Notes: generated from the letters alone by a model not told the origin. A stretch of 63,991 bases of DNA, filler included, from Blastocystis sp. subtype 4 (GCF_000743755.1; 23 parts of 23 records of this genome joined end to end with filler, not necessarily neighbours in it), one strand, 5' to 3'. Positions 37,380 to 52,676 are shown, counted from the first letter of the whole stretch. Made by a program: numbers and translations.

Positions 37380-37787
37380 TCACTTCTCATTACGAATACG
37401 ACGAGCGAGCTGCATATCACGAGGCATAATCGTCACACGCTTGGCATGAATAGCGCACAGATTTGTATCCTCAAACAGAGACACAAGATAAGCCTCAGCA
37501 GCCTCTTGAAGAGCCATCACGGCAGAACTCTGGAAACGGAGATCATTCTTAAAGTCCTGAGCAACCTCACGGACTAAACGCTGGAAGGGAAGCTTACGGA
37601 TCAGAAGCTCGGTACTCTTCTGATACTTGCGGATCTCACGAAGAGCCACAGTTCCTGGTCTGTAACGATGGGGCTTCTTCACTGATGCTGAAGTAGGTGA
37701 AGACTTACGAGCGGCCTTGGTAGCCAATTGCTTACGAGGAACCTTTCCTCCAGTGCTCTTTCTGGCAGTTTGCTTAGTACGAGCCAT
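37380..37787 (-). CDS. H3: Histone H3 (divergent tail)
   Basis: [48 protein letters not shown]. Confidence 0.98.
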   Translation of the reverse strand: MARTKQTARKSTGGKVPRKQLATKAARKSSPTSASVKKPHRYRPGTVALREIRKYQKSTELLIRKLPFQRLVREVAQDFKNDLRFQSSAVMALQEAAEAYLVSLFEDTNLCAIHAKRVTIMPRDMQLARRIRNEK

Positions 37788-38508
37788 TTCACTTAACTAT
37801 ACAACTATTAGTTCAAATCATTAACACAAATCAGATCGACAGCAACCTCCAAATCCACTCCATCAGAACCCCATAAACGATAGACGAGGATAAAAGAAGG
37901 AAACAGGGAAACACAAAACTTACACTTCTATTTCCACTAAGAAATCAATGGTGAAGTGCTCTTCTGGATCCTTTCACACCAGAAAAACGAACTTGCATGA
38001 GAATTGCATGACGGTTGAGATGAACGATATGTTTCAATCTTACACACTACATACCAGAATCGAGTGAAGAAAGGGGAATTGGAGATTTATACTAGATTAA
38101 ATACAGAAATGATGACACTTCCATTACCCAGATTCGAACGTGAATCTTATGATAAAAACCGTTTCATTGATTCATCTCTACCGTTATGACAAACACTCTT
38201 TTAAATCAAAAATCGCTCGTCAAATAATTGGAGAATTGGTTTGTCTTTCATTCTCATCATTGAGGGAGATTGAATGCTAGAATTACTGTCTGTGAATTTG
38301 GTTCATTTGATTGATCCACTCCCTAGAAATTGGTCTTAATCAAGTGATGATGATTCTCAGATTGAACAGATAGGAGTTCATTTTGCAGATCGAGGTCTAA
38401 TACAAAAGATGAGTCTTGATTATCCATTCTTCCATCATCCTAGAATGAACCTGTTATCACTTTCTTTGTTCCTCTTCATCCTCATTTCAATCTATATTTG
38501 TCATTAAA

Positions 38509-39742
38509 ATGCTTCTTGTTGACAAACAGAGACCAACATCGCTAGAAGCGATGGATTTTCATAAAGACATATCCCAGAATCTAATGAAAATGGTAGACGT
38601 GTGAAAGAAATATGATGACTCTAGGCCAACTCAGAAGACATTCCACATATTCTATTCTATGGACCATCCGGAGCAGGAAAGAAAACGCGGATTATGGCAT
38701 TGTTACGGGCCATGTTTGGAAACGGTGTTGAAAAAGTGATTGAATCGATCAGATTTGATATGTAGTTGAGAGTTGAAAAGAGGGAATTCAAAGTGATAAC
38801 GAGTATGAAGTCTGATTCGTAGACTCCTTCTCAAAAGACTGTTGAAATCACTGCAGTTGCTAGCAATTATCACATTGAATTGAATCCGAGTGATGTGGGT
38901 CTCTATGACTATGTGGTGGTTCAAGAGATTATCAAAGAGATTGCTCAATACAAACAGTTAGATGCATCTGCTAAGCATCCATATAAAGGTATTCGATGTA
39001 TTGAGTATGTGAGTGTAGTGGTCGTTTTGAATGAAGTGGATAATCTCTCTCGAAACGCTCAGGCAGGACTTCGTCGAACCATGGAGAAATACACAGGCAG
39101 TTGTCGTTTGATTCTGTGTTGTGAGAACAGTGGTCGAATCATTCCTCCCATTCGGAGTCGATGTCTTTGTATTCGTGTAGCAGCTCCAACACCTCTTGAA
39201 GTATGGTTTTTGGGGTATGAATCAAGTTTAGATCATGACCATATTGAAACAGAACTGTCAGAAGGAGAATCTTCCTCTTGTGGCAGAACAGCTTCAACGA
39301 ATCGTTCAAGTGAGAGAATGGGTTGAATATGACCTAGGCTTCCCATCGAAATCTGCGTCGTGCCTTGTTGTTACTGGAAGCAAGTACTCTTCCTGGAGCA
39401 GGTGGAACCAAAGGAACAGATGTGGAGTTGATGGATTGGGAACGGTTTATTATGATGATTGTTCAACGGATTCTAGAGGAACAGAGTCCTCAATCATTAC
39501 TAACTATTCGTGGTTATTATTATGAGTTGCTAACGAGACTGATACCTGCTCCAGTGATTCTGAAAGAGATTGTGAAACAACTGATAGCACGATGTCCATC
39601 AAAGAGTCTTCAGATGGAAACTGTTTGTTGGGCTTCGACATATGAACAGAAGATGCGACAAGGAGGAAAGGAAATCGTGTTTCTGGAGGCATTCACAGCT
39701 CGTTTCATGTCGTTGTATAAACAGAATCTATTAAGAAAGTGA
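38509..39742 (+). CDS. RFC3: Replication factor C 38-kDa subunit (yeast Rfc5 orthologue), multi-intron
   Basis: [59 protein letters not shown] and [10 protein letters not shown]. Confidence 0.93.
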
Positions 39743-39801
39743 TTGTGTTTGATTCAACAAACAACTCACAATAGCACAACAGATTAACCCCTTAATCCCA
39801 G

Positions 39802-40466
39802 TTACTCCGACTTCACTTTACCATTGGTGCTGAGATTGAGCCAACGAAGGAAAGGAATCACAATCGTCACGAAGCAAGCTACTCCCAGAATGATATACTC
39901 AGTCTATTCATCACTCAACCTATCCTTCCTCTACCATGAAGCTACTAGTGATACGAAGGAACTGAGCTTCCTGAAGAATAGGAAGAGTACCAATTGAAGT
40001 AGACATACCACGCTACTCATCACAATCCATTTCAATACTTACAGCCTGAGCAAGCTCCTCATCCTTGTAATAAGCATACTCATACATAGCACGAGCAGTC
40101 TCCAGATAACCAGACTGACGAGGAATTGCAGTTGCATTCTTCTCGAACTTATCTCCACTACAAAGAACATCCAGTCTCCAAACCATACGCCTCAAGCTCC
40201 TCAATGATAATAGGGAACTCTACATCAATATCAAATCCCTCAGCAGGCCACTGATCACTGATCGTCACATTGTACACTGTTCTACTTGTCACAACACACT
40301 TTCATCCCCACTCTTCACCAATATTGTCCACACGATACATAATAGTGAAAGGATGATTGCAACCAATATAGTTGCTGGGAGTATCCACTCCCTACACATA
40401 AGAATCTCATTCCAGAACCAAAAATACCTTCTCCACAATCAGCGAAGGAGCACACTGAGCAATAGC
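39802..40466 (-). CDS. SSR2: Translocon-associated protein beta (TRAP-beta)-like, multi-intron
   Basis: PSLIVEK..FTIMYRVDNIG..VYNVTISDQWPAEGF..STSIGTLPIL, then a C-terminal TM. Confidence 0.7.
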
Positions 40467-40566
40467 NNNNNNNNNNNNNNNNNNNNNNNNNNNNNNNNNN
40501 NNNNNNNNNNTTAATTAATTAANNNNNNNNNNNNNNNNNNNNNNNNNNNNNNNNNNNNNNNNNNNN

Positions 40567-42904
<2,338 letters not shown>

Positions 42905-43033
42905 GATAATTGAATTGGTCTTTTGAATTGTTTGTGATATTCAGTTGTATCAAGAGTGGGTATTCGTAGTTTAAGGGTTACTGATAATCCATTTCAGGTT
43001 TTGAAAGCAGAGAGGAAAGAAGTCAACTGGAAG

Positions 43034-43105
43034 GAGGGCATGGCGCAACGGTAGCGCGTTTGATTCCAGATCAAAAGGTTGGGTGTTCGAATCACCCTGT
43101 CCTCA
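43034..43105 (+). tRNA. tRNA-Trp(CCA)
   Basis: Acceptor GAGGGCA/TGTCCTC, anticodon arm TTTGA-TTCCAGA-TCAAA, T arm GGGTG-TTCGAAT-CACCC, and a downstream T-run. Confidence 0.96.
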
Positions 43106-43221
43106 ACTTTTCTTTTTCTTGNNNNNNNNNNNNNNNNNNNNNNNNNNNNNNNNNNNNNNNNNNNNTTAATTAATTAANNNNNNNNNNNNNNNNNNNNNNN
43201 NNNNNNNNNNNNNNNNNNNNN

Positions 43222-43712
43222 ACATCTGAATAACTCACATCCTTCCAATTGCCTGAAACACTGTTTGTGTACTTCCAACTATCATTCTTGTTGATAGGAG
43301 AATACAAAGAGAACTGTTCTCTTTGAACCCTCCATTCAGTCATCATTCCCTTGTACACAATGTTTCCATTCATTCCTTCTATCTCAATCCAACCACCTGA
43401 AAGCCAATAATAACCAGAATACCTCATAACAAGAGTGAATATGTGATTCGAAGAAGCAGTCAAACAGACTTCATACACATATTGTTGATTGTTTGAGAAT
43501 GGAGGAGAAGTGAATAGAGTAGATGAACCAGAAACAATCTCAAATGACTCTCGACTAGGATCATAACCAGTATACTTAGTGATCTTAACATAATCTTGAT
43601 TAGATGAACATTGAATAGAGTAAGAAAGGGTAACTATACATGAGAGTAGAATGAAGAATAAAACAGAATGTGAAGAATAGAATGAGATGATTGATACTAC
43701 AATCAACAACAA
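43222..43712 (-). CDS. Ig-repeat surface protein family, N-terminal fragment
   Basis: Close paralogue of 36808-37233. Confidence 0.75.
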
Positions 43713-43970
43713 TCATATCAAATAAATAATGTTATAAGAAACTGACAATACTTAATGGTATGATACTGACTGATGTGATTGACAGTGATGATGATGAATT
43801 ATGAGATATGAATAGAATAGATATGATATGAGAGTGTAGATACAAATGGAAATAAGAGATGTATGTAATGGTGAATGAATGATGATAATGATATCCCCGT
43901 GATTGTATTCAGTAAAAATGATGATGAATGAAATGTGTTATTGAAAAGGGTTAGTGAAAGAAATAAAAAC

Positions 43971-44089
43971 AAGAACGGTCATATCTAGTGGAAAGCGCCC
44001 TAACCCGTCTGATCTAGGAAGCTAAGTCATTACGAGTTGAGTTAGTACCAGTGTGGGGGACCCGCTGAGAAGTCTCAATGCTGTTCTTT
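43971..44089 (+). rRNA. 5S rRNA (apparently intact)
   Basis: 119 nt. Helix I AAGAACGG/CTGTTCTT, CCCGTCTGATCT, GAAGCTAAG (box A), TTAGTAC..TGGGGGACC (box C), oligo-T end. Confidence 0.9.
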
Positions 44090-44181
44090 TCTCTTTCATT
44101 TGAATCAGTATGAATCATCATTTCTGTTTGGATGGAGATGTGAATGAATCTTCTCAAATATCTAACAAACACCATATTCAT

Positions 44182-45532
44182 TTATCCTCTGTAATAGTGC
44201 TGTTCCACAAAAGGCATCTTTGTAACAACAGCAGGATAGCGCTTGTTACGAACCTCAACCTCCACTTGAGTACCAGCAGTATGAAGTCCCTTCTTAATGT
44301 ATCCCATAGCCACAGGTTTCTTCAGAGAAGGAGACAGAGTTCCCGAAGTAATCTCACCCACCTGTTCTCCATTCGAGAAGATCTTAGCTCCATGACGAGC
44401 AGGAGCTCCCGTGATCATGAAACCAACACGCTTCTTATCAGCAGTCTTCATCTATCCATCATTCCCTTGTCTTATTCCTACACGTTCCATAATAGCCTTA
44501 TGACCGATGAAACCTCCATCAGCACGACGCTGCTTGCTGATTGTCCACATCAATGTTCCCTCCACAGGGGAAATAGAAGAGTTCAGATCTGTACCATACA
44601 AGCAGAGTCCAGCCTCCAGACGAAGAGAATCACGAGCACCCAAACCACAAGGAACCACCTCCTTGTTCTTCAGAATCTCCTTGGTCAGAGCAATCGAATC
44701 CTCAGCAGGGATCTGAATTTCATAACCATCTTCACCTGTGTATCCACAGCGACTCACACGACAATTCACTCCACCCACCTTAATATCGTTTCCAGTCATG
44801 AAAGGCATCTTTGTCACATCAAACTCAGTGAAACGCTTCAGCACAGTAGGAGCCATAGCACCCTGAAGAGCAATCAGACCAATATCTCCCAAATACTCCA
44901 TATGAACATCCTTGCCTTCAGCCTGGAACTTAGCCATTTCCTTCTTGAAGTGTTCCATATCGCTGTACTTACAAGCACCATTCACGACCTCATAGCTATA
45001 CATCAAACACTCCTTTCAGTCTTACTGGTAGTCACCAGCATTCGTAATCACAGTATCATCGAGAATACCTCCATCTTCTTGACAAATCAGAGACAGTCTT
45101 CCTTGGGTGGGCTGAAGGGAGTGAATATCACTGACCAAAAGTCTTTCCAGGAACTCAACACGGTCCTTTCCAGTCCATCTACACATTAGAAAATAACCCG
45201 AACAGTAGCTACTTAATCTGACCCATATGAGACACATCAAAGAGACCACAACTGTTAGAGGATCTGACAGCCAGATGCTCCTACATGTAATTCCATCACT
45301 TGTATTTCTGTACAGGAAGAACACCCGAATACTGTACAGGAAGAGCATATCCAGCAAACTCAACAATCTTTCCCTTCAACTCAAGATGAAGATCATAGAG
45401 AGGAGTATGAGCAATGTTAGCAGCAGCAGCAAATGCGCGAACAGCCTACAACACGATTAGACTCAACAAACCACCAAATAACTTCTCAATACTTACAGGC
45501 TTTGAAGCGGACTTGACAACTCTAGAGAGCAT
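44182..45532 (-). CDS. AMT: Glycine cleavage system T protein (aminomethyltransferase), organellar presequence
   Basis: LFDVSHMGQ, GGILDDTVI, SRCGYTGEDGYEI, GLGARDSLRLEAGLCLYG and GEITSGTLSPSL. N-terminus MLSRVVKSASK. About five short introns. Confidence 0.96.
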
Positions 45533-45707
45533 CGTATTCACTTAGAAGAAAACGGACTGAAGGAGAAATCACCAAATGGTAAGGAATTTGATGATCAAGA
45601 AATGGAGTGATCACTGTTCGCTTTGTTTGACTTTACCGATGATACCGGTTTTCCCTTGATTCTGGCGACATTCCCCAAGTCGTATTCTGTCCCAGAAATA
45701 ACCACTT

Positions 45708-45789
45708 ATGACTAAGAAGGCACAAAGGACAGGAGATAAGTGGTATAAGTTAGCCAAACAGCAGGGATATCGTGCTCGTTCGGCTTTTA
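45708..45789 (+). CDS. SPB1: rRNA 2'-O-methyltransferase Spb1/FTSJ3, N-terminal fragment
   Basis: MTKKAQRTGDKWYKLAKQQGYRARSAF. Confidence 0.8.
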
Positions 45790-45889
45790 NNNNNNNNNNN
45801 NNNNNNNNNNNNNNNNNNNNNNNNNNNNNNNNNTTAATTAATTAANNNNNNNNNNNNNNNNNNNNNNNNNNNNNNNNNNNNNNNNNNNN

Positions 45890-46286
45890 GCGAATTCGAG
45901 GTCTGAAGGATGTGAAATTGAGTGGAGGAAGTGAATTGGTATTGTATAGAACAAAAGGAGAGAAGATTGAGAAGGAAGAGAAGAAGGAAGATATTCCAGT
46001 CTCTTCGTTAAGTGACAAGGATATTGAAACAGCGAAATTGAGAATGGATGATTCAATCAATCATATTCATTATCAACAATCCAGTTTCATCATCTTTACT
46101 GGATTCATCATATTCTATTCCACTCACTTTGATTCAATTCCTTCTTGTTCGTTCTGTGGAAATACTCAATCTGTTTGTCCTTGTCGCTCTTGTGGAAGAC
46201 CTGTATGTGTGGTTCATGTTTGTGGAAATGGTGAGTGTCAGAGCTGTTTCAGAATTGTGATAGTGATGGATAAGAGAGACGAATAG
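45890..46286 (+). CDS. Hypothetical protein fragment with C-terminal Cys-rich zinc-finger-like segment
   Basis: CSFC..CPCRSCGRPVCVVHVCGNGECQSC. Confidence 0.45.
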
Positions 46287-47496
46287 GAAAACACTTTCAT
46301 CAATCGATTATATCGAAACAAAGAGGATAGACTGATTGAGAAGGATTATCACGAAGCAGTGAATTCTCCAATCGTTTGCGTTTCGTAGCACGATGTCGTT
46401 GAGTGAAGACTAGAAGGAGAATGAAGATAATGAGTACAACAATGATGATAACAACAATCACAATGACCGATACTATTCATTATTCAAGTGTTATCTCATA
46501 TACTCAATGACCACAAACCAATGACATCCCACTCCCAAACACACTCTGTTGATTTCTCATAATCATCTGGTGCCTCAGGTACTTTTCTTTCTTATGTATC
46601 ATTCATACCAATCATCCAGTACGCATAGGAATGCTAATTGTTGTATTCCTTCCCAATTCTCTTCTGATATAACCGAATGGATCTTCTGTCATGTTACAAC
46701 TATGCTTCCTTCAAATCAATATCACCTAGATTATCTTACGAGATATCAGCAAACTTCTTAAGGAAGATAGGATCACAATGATCAGCATATTCTTTAGCAG
46801 ATGTGGCATTATCAATTCTGAACCACACCGATTCACAAGTACTGGTACATTCGTATCCCACTTCATTGTTATGACAATTTGTGAGAGCATAACTATTCAT
46901 CAAATCAAATCTCTTAAGAATACTGATAGTAGAAAGAAAGGAGAGTATACTTTGATGATGAGTGAGTTAATTCTTCAACAATATAGTCTCGACTGTGAGG
47001 AATGCCTTTTTTGTTGACATAGAATTGATAGTAGAAGTTATCTACCTATTATGAGGAACAGAGACCACTCACAATGATAATAGTCCAGTTTCTGATATCT
47101 GTAACACTTATCTGTGTAACTGTATTTAGATTGAACGAAACAGAGACAGAACAAGACAACAAGAATTACTGAATTCATGAAATCCAAGAATAGAATGATT
47201 CCTCATGTTTATATCTACTATTCGATGACGCATGTGAGTAGTTCTATTAGAATATCGAATTCACCGCCATATTCATCCAAGAATCGCGGTATTCAAATCA
47301 TAATCAATCGATTCTATAAGAGCATCAATTACATCAAATCCTTTGATTAGTTGAATTCACATGATTCTATAATGAATAGTATGTGTTTGATGTCCTTAGC
47401 ATTACAATTGTCAAGTCCTTAATGTGTTACCAAAAGGCCCATGATTCTATTGTAGCTTTTAGTATTACTCAATACTATTTCTTTATCTGGATCAAT

Positions 47497-48147
47497 TGTC
47501 TCAACGATGGCCTCCAACCTTGAGTAACTGTACATGATAGATTTCAATAACTGAACTGCTATTAACACACCAATGACACAATTTCGAGACAAACAAAAGG
47601 GTGATTAAGAACAATTACTGTCTTGTTACTCTTCTAACATTACTATTGCCTTCAATTAGGTGTACTACTCAATAATCATTCAAGACAAACCAACAAATGG
47701 ATCATTCACTTGGAACAATCCATTCATTTCAATCATCAAAGTACTATTAAAACCAACTTCAGATGCACTCTTTACAAACATCAATCAATTCAATACTCTC
47801 TTCAATACCAAATGTGAATCAATCAAGTTTGATAAACGATACTATACTCTATTTCACATCATTGATATGATCAATCAAATGCAATACACATCAATCTCAA
47901 TATCCAATTCTGTTATCAGTTATGGTTGTATTCACATTGATTCCAGTTGTACAATATGAATGAAGAACAAGTGATTGTGACTGATAGAAACAGAACAGAA
48001 CACTATATGATAACAATCCTAAAGGGTTGATATGAGATTGATGAATTGACATGAATGATGATTATTAGTGCTGCAATGTTTGAATGAATGTAGAGTGATG
48101 AGAATACATTCTGAGTATCTGAATTCTTCTATTCACTCGATTTCCTG
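47497..48147 (+). mobile_element. Polinton-like remnant: TIR core plus penton-like ORF with shared internal deletion
   Basis: GGCCTCCAACCTTGAGTAACTGTACA is the inverted TIR core. ORF 47660-47959 and the following ~190 nt align to 20286-20770. Confidence 0.65.
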
Positions 48148-48608
48148 AATGATTGTTCATTAGAGATGATGTTGTTAATGAGGTGTAGTTTCTCTTCATG
48201 ACGTATACCTCACACTAACGTAATGTATGACATAAGTATGCACCAATATGAGAACAGATAAGTGAGTGATAAACAAAGAAGATGATATAATGAACAAGAT
48301 GTGTTGATCATTCGATAGTATCTGTGAGATGGATTTGAATGGACAAGAGGTTGATAATGTGATGAAATGATTAGTGGATAGAAAGAGTTGTATCATCAAT
48401 AGTCCTTTCTATCATTGTTTGTGATTGTTTGANNNNNNNNNNNNNNNNNNNNNNNNNNNNNNNNNNNNNNNNNNNNTTAATTAATTAANNNNNNNNNNNN
48501 NNNNNNNNNNNNNNNNNNNNNNNNNNNNNNNNAACGGTTTTTCGTCAATTCTAGCAATTCTCACTTTGGTGGTTCTTTCTCCATTCTGAATTGCACCAAT
48601 CTCCTCAA

Positions 48609-49393
48609 ATGAACGTAGAGGCTCTGAAGAAGCAGGCAGCTGTTGAGGCTGTCAACGAGATCAAGGATGAAAAGGTCATTGGTTTGGGTACTGGTTCTAC
48701 AACTCGCTATGCAGTCGAAGAGATCGGACTGCGTCTGAAGGATGGAAGACTGAGAGATATTGTGGGTGTGGCCACATCAGAGAATACTCGAGAATTGGTA
48801 GATTCTATAGAGTGTTAATAAGTTTTGTAGGCAGAACGTGTTGGAATCCCTTTGATGAACATTAATGATGTGGAGAAGATTGATCTTACGATCGATGGAG
48901 CCGATGAGGTTGATGACAACCTGCAGTTGGTGAAAGGAAGAGGTGGAGCTCTCTTCCGTGAGAAGATGACGGAGCTATTGACGACGAAGTTTATTGTGAT
49001 TGTTGATCAAACCAAGCGAGTCTCTAAGCTTGGTGAAAAGTGCCCCATTCCCGTTGAAGTTGTTCGTTTTGGCTATTTATCGACGCAGCGTCGTCTTAGC
49101 CAGTTTGGAACTCCTGTTTTGCGCTCTGATCCTCATGACTCTGGAAAGCCGTAGTTTTATTTCTCGATGTTCATTATAGATACGTCACGGATAACGGCAA
49201 CTATATTCTGGACTTGGCAGTTAGTGGAGGAATTGAAGATCCTGCTAAGATGGATCGTGATTTGAAGACTGTTACTGGTGTTGTGGACCACGGAATCTTT
49301 ATCAATATGGCAACTAAAGTATGCATCGTGAATGGTCATTTAATGTAGGTTATCATTGCTGCAGAGGCTGGTATTCAAGTGATGACTAAGTAA
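48609..49393 (+). CDS. RPIA: Ribose-5-phosphate isomerase A, three introns
   Basis: IGLGTGST, DLTIDGADEVD, KGRGGALFREK, PIPVEVV, TDNGNYILD and GVVDHGIF. Confidence 0.96.
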
Positions 49394-50214
49394 TTGTCGT
49401 TTGCGCAATCAGTCTGTTTGTTCTTTGATTTGGTATTTAGCACTCATTTCTGAGCGGTTATTGGAACATGAATATTTCTCATTGTACTTTACAGCCTATC
49501 ACATATTATAGATTCAAGGAATAGAATTATAAAATCAATTTGACATAGATGATATGTAATTAAGGAATTAGGCAATTGGACCAGTAATTATTAGTGCCTT
49601 TATTATTCAGTTATTCTGTTTGCCATTCTTTCTTGAAGTTGGGCTTGTAAAGCCACAGACTTTCTTATAGTTTCGTGTTCCATTATTGTGTAGCTCATGC
49701 AGGAGTTTAACCGAGGTAGGTAAGTGTGAATTATCCTTGAATTGGTTGTCACCTCTGAGTAGATTCAGAAGAGATTCAACCGATTTGGTACAATCGTCCC
49801 AATCATCATGATTATTCGAACATGCAGGAATATACCATTTTACTATCTGGAATTCCACGTAATATGACGGATAATGAACTTTTCTATCTTATTTATGATA
49901 TCTGCGGAAATGTAGGTCCTATTCGATTGCTGTCACCGCCCTATCCTTCTTGTACTCTCGTTATTTCAGTGATATGATGAATAGATGAGAGAGTTATCGT
50001 TGTTAGTTCGTATCATACCGCCTTACTGATCAAGGAATATTTGAGTGGGACTATAACTATTAACAATGTAAGCTGTTGTTCTTTTCGTATTATGGTAGTG
50101 TCCGGTATCTATTAGTACTCACATTCTTACAAATAATGCTCAGGTTGAGAGAAGTGATGGTATGTACAACAATTCACTCATAATATAGTTGTTTCAGATT
50201 CTCTATTCTCTATA

Positions 50215-50847
50215 GGTGGGAATGTTAATCCTCTCCCTGTTCATCCCTTCGTGACTGTACCAGTTTCAGAATCGTCTTTATTAATGAATAATGCCATGGA
50301 ACCATATTCTTTTCACAGAGAGACGCTGGTACAAGAGAGAAATCCTATGGATAATCCTCGTTATACTCATAATATGAAAGAATTCCCTGATAAGGATGGT
50401 CCAAAATCACAGGAATTGTTATCCTCTACACCACAAGTCGCTGTTTCTCATTCTATTGTTTCATCGAATTGTGTACCTAAGAGAATCAGTGGTACTTGTA
50501 AGAAAGGGCCCAAAGGAGCCAATCTTTTTGTCTATCATTTGCCTTGTGAAGTTGATAATGAAGACTTAGTGACATTGTTTTCCTTCTTTGGACCATTGGT
50601 TAGTGTTAAGGTGAGAGTGACCTCTTGGAATGAGTTATAGGTATATGCTGACAAGAAAACTGGTTTACATAAAGGATTTGGATTTGTCAGTTTTCAATCT
50701 GTTGCTTCCGCTCAGAGAGCCATTCAATACATGAATGGATTTCAAATCGCAAACAAACGTTTAAAGGTGGAGGAAAAGAGATACCATAAGAAGGAAAAGA
50801 AGTTCCATTTACCTCATCTTCTCATGATTAGGAAGAAACAGAAGTGA
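50215..50847 (+). CDS. CELF/Bruno-like RRM protein (upstream exons unresolved)
   Basis: [51 protein letters not shown]. Confidence 0.85.
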
Positions 50848-51171
50848 GAACTAAGTGCTTCGTGTATTGTGCCAATAATTGTGACTATACTCCTTTTGGA
50901 ATAGGTTAGGTTTGAATTATGTTTGTTTATGAGATTTGCATATTCAACCCTTTTACACTTCCTTTCATCTTTTCTTCGAGTTTCAGACCATTTCTAGTAT
51001 GTATCGCTAATGATAACCTCATTTGGATCCTAATCAAGGAAGGATTGTGTGTGTCTCATTTCAGTATTCCANNNNNNNNNNNNNNNNNNNNNNNNNNNNN
51101 NNNNNNNNNNNNNNNTTAATTAATTAANNNNNNNNNNNNNNNNNNNNNNNNNNNNNNNNNNNNNNNNNNNN

Positions 51172-51705
51172 CCATACCAGTTATTGTAAGCCTCTGACTC
51201 CGTACTCTCGAAGTATCCAACAATCGCTACAGGAACAGCATCAATAGCAGCTTCCAACTCCTCCTTTGTACCATAGGTGACAGCCACAGGTCCAGACTTC
51301 TTCTTCATGTAGTTTACAATGTCCTCCTTAGAACGACCCGAATCATAGTCCATAGAGTTTCCATTCTTGAAGAACTTCAAAGTAGGGAAGCCACGGATTC
51401 CATGATCCTTGCTCAATTTGGGATTGGATGTGGCGTCAACCTTAGCGATGAAGAGTGGAGGATCCAAGGCTCTTAGTTCTTTAGCAGCAGCAACATACTC
51501 AGGAGCAAGTTTCTTGCAGTGACCGCACCACTATAAGTCAACAAAAGATCAGTTTCCTAACAGGAGCATAGAATTCAACCAGAAGGTTTTCATATTGCTT
51601 TATAGCCTCATCAAAGTTATCATCGTTCAGAACTAAGACACCTTCTTCTTCGGTGATTTCAGCAAAGGCAATGGCACAAAGGAAAAGAATTGCTACAAAT
51701 CTCAT
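51172..51705 (-). CDS. PDI: Protein disulfide isomerase, 5' part
   Basis: Signal peptide, [15 protein letters not shown]^[12 protein letters not shown] and [17 protein letters not shown]. Confidence 0.95.
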
Positions 51706-52010
51706 CTATAACATAAAAGAAAGAGAACTTCATATTACCGATCTGGAAAGAGAATAAATGATAATTCTATCAAACTATCCGTCCAGTGGTATATGTAATA
51801 TTGATAATCAAGTTCTTCCATGAATAAAGAAGAATGACAAGAATGACATAGTAATCACTGCTCTGTACAAATAGTCCAGAGAAGAACACATTGCTACGAA
51901 AACCGATAAAATGAATCAAACAAACAACAACAGTCAGTCAAAGAAATATACAGTGAACAATATTCACAAAACTAGGAAAAAGAAGAACTCCCAGAAGGAA
52001 AGAAAAGACT

Positions 52011-52676
52011 TCATTGACGATACAAACCAAATGGATACCCTCCAGTGCTTGAAGTATCAGTGTAGGGTTCACAAAGCAAATTCCAGTAATCGTCTCCAAT
52101 ACAAGAGCGAATATAAGCCGGATTATGCTGATAGGTTTGAATCAGATACGCCACTTGAGGAGGTACAATTATTAGTTTCCCGACAACTTCCTTAAGAGAG
52201 TTGTTTGAATTTGGATATCCAGTATTATTCAAAACGGTTGATCCAAGTGAACCCTTAGAGGACTGGGACAAGGAAGATGGACTGAAGGTCTCAGGTGATG
52301 CAGGAGATGCTGATGCAGACTCATTCACCTTTGGGGTATTTAATACTGTGACATCTCTTCGCTGCCGATACTGCTTAGACCGAGTTGAGAACCTAGTGTC
52401 GATAGTAGAGTGCTGGAGGAGATCCTTATTCCCTACTCATTACCCCTTATTCCCAAACTAACTCCAGTATTTATCTCTTTTCCTCTTTCTGCAAATATCA
52501 CAGACAGAAAACAATAGACCATTCTTTGGGTTGAAAAAATGGCTATTATGTAACCTCTTTCGACAGAGTTTGCAATTCTTGCTGTCGTTGAGTTCAGAGG
52601 AATCACTGTTCGGTACACTCATACCGGGCTTGGCATTCACAGCATACGCAGTATTAGATACATAAGGGGACATGAT
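52011..52676 (-). CDS. Hypothetical protein with CxxC..CxxC motif and basic patch
   Basis: CKLCRK..CDICRKRKR exon, a probable 30-nt intron, then a Ser-rich exon. Confidence 0.5.

Noticed and set aside
43034..43105. tRNA-Trp as a UGA suppressor explaining in-frame TGA stops
   Set aside because: Standard CCA anticodon with a normal 5-bp stem. Conserved genes (H3, RFC3, CDC5L) use TGA as stop, and the affected genes also carry frameshifts or deletions.
46500..47200. Possible decayed gene on the minus strand (similarly 60100-60820 and 62850-63600)
   Set aside because: Only short stop-riddled frames, and no family could be recognised.
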